Source: Candidatus Pelearchaeum sp. (lineage in GTDB: Archaea; Thermoproteota; Nitrososphaeria_A; Caldarchaeales; Caldarchaeaceae). Taken from it: a stretch of DNA of 44,508 nt. A model generated the notes under the pieces. That model did not search any database. It had not been told where the DNA came from and saw nothing but the letters and a program-made list of their open reading frames with translations. The stretch is from assembly GCA_015520425.1 (NCBI GenBank), contig WAQC01000068.1, positions 1-44,508 of the forward strand. The letters are read 5' to 3'. Shown one piece after another: positions 43,422 to 44,508 of this stretch (the stretch's first letter is position 1; every line of letters starts with the position of its first letter). A program made the translations under genes and the position numbers.

Positions 43422-44471
43422 TTAAATCCTTGAAGAAAGCCGCGCGTGGGGAGCTATGGTCATTTGAGGCAACTCCTCACCGTTAAGCCTCGTCCCAGCG
43501 CCTATATGTGCGCCCTCACCAACTATAACTCTCCGCAGGCTTACATCATCATCTATAACAACGTCCTCCAACACGATGGAAGACTCTATAACAACGTTAG
43601 CCCCTATCCTTACGTTATCACCTATGAACGATGGGCCTATGATTGTTGAACCATTACTTATGCGTGTATCTCTCCCTATAATGCAAGGGCCTGCGAGCCT
43701 GGTATTCTTGCTTATGTAGCATGGTCGCTTAAGGCTTATTTTGCCTTCCAGCTCTCGTGCTAGGAAATAGGCGTTAGCTTGGAGGTAGCTTGGTGGGCTT
43801 CCCACGTCAAACCACCAATCCCCAGAATCCACATAAACCCCTATCCTCCTGCCGCTTTCAGCCATTATGTTGAGAGCGTCAGTAAGCTCATACTCACCGC
43901 GCGGAGATGGCTTTAGACTCTTAGCCACATCCAAGACCTCTGACGGAAGTATATAGACACCGCTATTTACTGGGCCGCTTTCATTCGCCTTCTCTAAAAT
44001 GCGCTCAAGAAGGTTGTTGTTGGCTCGTATTACGCCGAAACGCTGGCCTGAATCAACTTTAACACCCATGAGCGAGCCATCGTATCCGCCGCTCTTATGA
44101 AACTCAATAAGCCGAGCCAAGGCTTCGGGTGTGAGCGTTATATCACCATAGACCACTAGAAACTCCCTAGAATCGCTTAGATACTCTGAAGCAACCGCCA
44201 GCGCGTGGCCTGTTCCCAGAGTCTTCTCTTGATGTATAAACCTAATTTCAAGGTCTTTGGCTCCCTCGCTCACCAGCTCCATAACCTTCTCGGAGAGATA
44301 GTTTATGATTATTCCAACCTCCTTCACCCCTGCGTGGCGTAGAGTGTCAAGCACCATAAGTATAACAGGCCTTCCAGCAACTGGGAGGAGGGGCTTAGAC
44401 CTAGTTTCGCTGAGCGGCCTTATGCGCTTGCCCAAGCCTGCTGCGAAGACGACGGCCTTCAAAGCTACCAC
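43422..44471 (-). CDS. Sugar-1-phosphate nucleotidylyltransferase with C-terminal left-handed beta-helix (GlmU/ST0452-like)
   Basis: 349 aa. VVFAAGLGKRIRPLSETRSKPLLPVAG (GxGxR...K signature) and hexapeptide repeats near the C-terminus (IGDNVRIGANVVIESSIVLEDVVIDDDV). Confidence 0.8.
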   Translation of the reverse strand: MVALKAVVFAAGLGKRIRPLSETRSKPLLPVAGRPVILMVLDTLRHAGVKEVGIIINYLSEKVMELVSEGAKDLEIRFIHQEKTLGTGHALAVASEYLSDSREFLVVYGDITLTPEALARLIEFHKSGGYDGSLMGVKVDSGQRFGVIRANNNLLERILEKANESGPVNSGVYILPSEVLDVAKSLKPSPRGEYELTDALNIMAESGRRIGVYVDSGDWWFDVGSPPSYLQANAYFLARELEGKISLKRPCYISKNTRLAGPCIIGRDTRISNGSTIIGPSFIGDNVRIGANVVIESSIVLEDVVIDDDVSLRRVIVGEGAHIGAGTRLNGEELPQMTIAPHARLSSRI

Positions 44472-44508
44472 ACATAAAGAGCTTGGTGCTAACCTACTAA
44501 TCTTCCCC

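Noticed and set aside
1-44508. CRISPR arrays, rRNA genes, IS elements or transposases, toxin-antitoxin pairs.
   Set aside because: Intergenic spacers are all under 190 nt. I saw no regularly spaced direct repeats and no transposase, integrase or Cas-like ORFs. An exhaustive repeat search was not possible by eye.

Overview
This is a dense archaeal chromosomal segment of about 44.5 kb with roughly 50 protein genes. The gene content points to a Thermoproteota/TACK-type organism: Alba, Topo VI subunit A, ribosomal protein L40e, a Dpo4-type Y-family polymerase, archaeal-type PheRS/TyrRS/AspRS and intron-containing tRNAs. It appears aerobic, given a heme-copper oxidase operon, a short CtaA-like protein and complex I subunits. 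RNA features are two intron-bearing tRNAs, Ser(CGA) with a canonical intron and Val(TAC) with an insert at a non-canonical position, plus one GC-rich structured intergenic element that may be an H/ACA-like sRNA. One small gene is missing from the ORF track (rpl40e, TTG start). I saw no CRISPR array, rRNA, transposase or integrase by eye. Most of the window is housekeeping: aaRSs, class II RNR, thiamine, acetyl/propionyl-CoA carboxylase with methylmalonyl-CoA mutase, respiration, and a phosphonate-type ABC transporter. I found no clear-cut novel system. The best candidates for undescribed biology are these. (1) A Top6A / COG1407-type metallophosphoesterase / SWIM zinc-finger array with no Top6B in the window. 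(2) An uncharacterised P-loop NTPase translationally coupled between ThiW-like and ThiDN genes, possibly a non-orthologous thiazole kinase or transporter partner. (3) A NuoI carrying a roughly 135-aa insertion between its two 4Fe-4S motifs, sitting after an Mrp/NBP35 Fe-S carrier and before a very low-GC orphan gene. (4) An HTH plus ferritin-like fusion regulator behind an array of GTGAAA/TTTCAC half-sites, next to a low-GC phnCDE block that abuts tRNA-Val. All functional calls rest on motif and family recognition by eye, without database searches. Hand-counted coordinates may be off by 1 nt.
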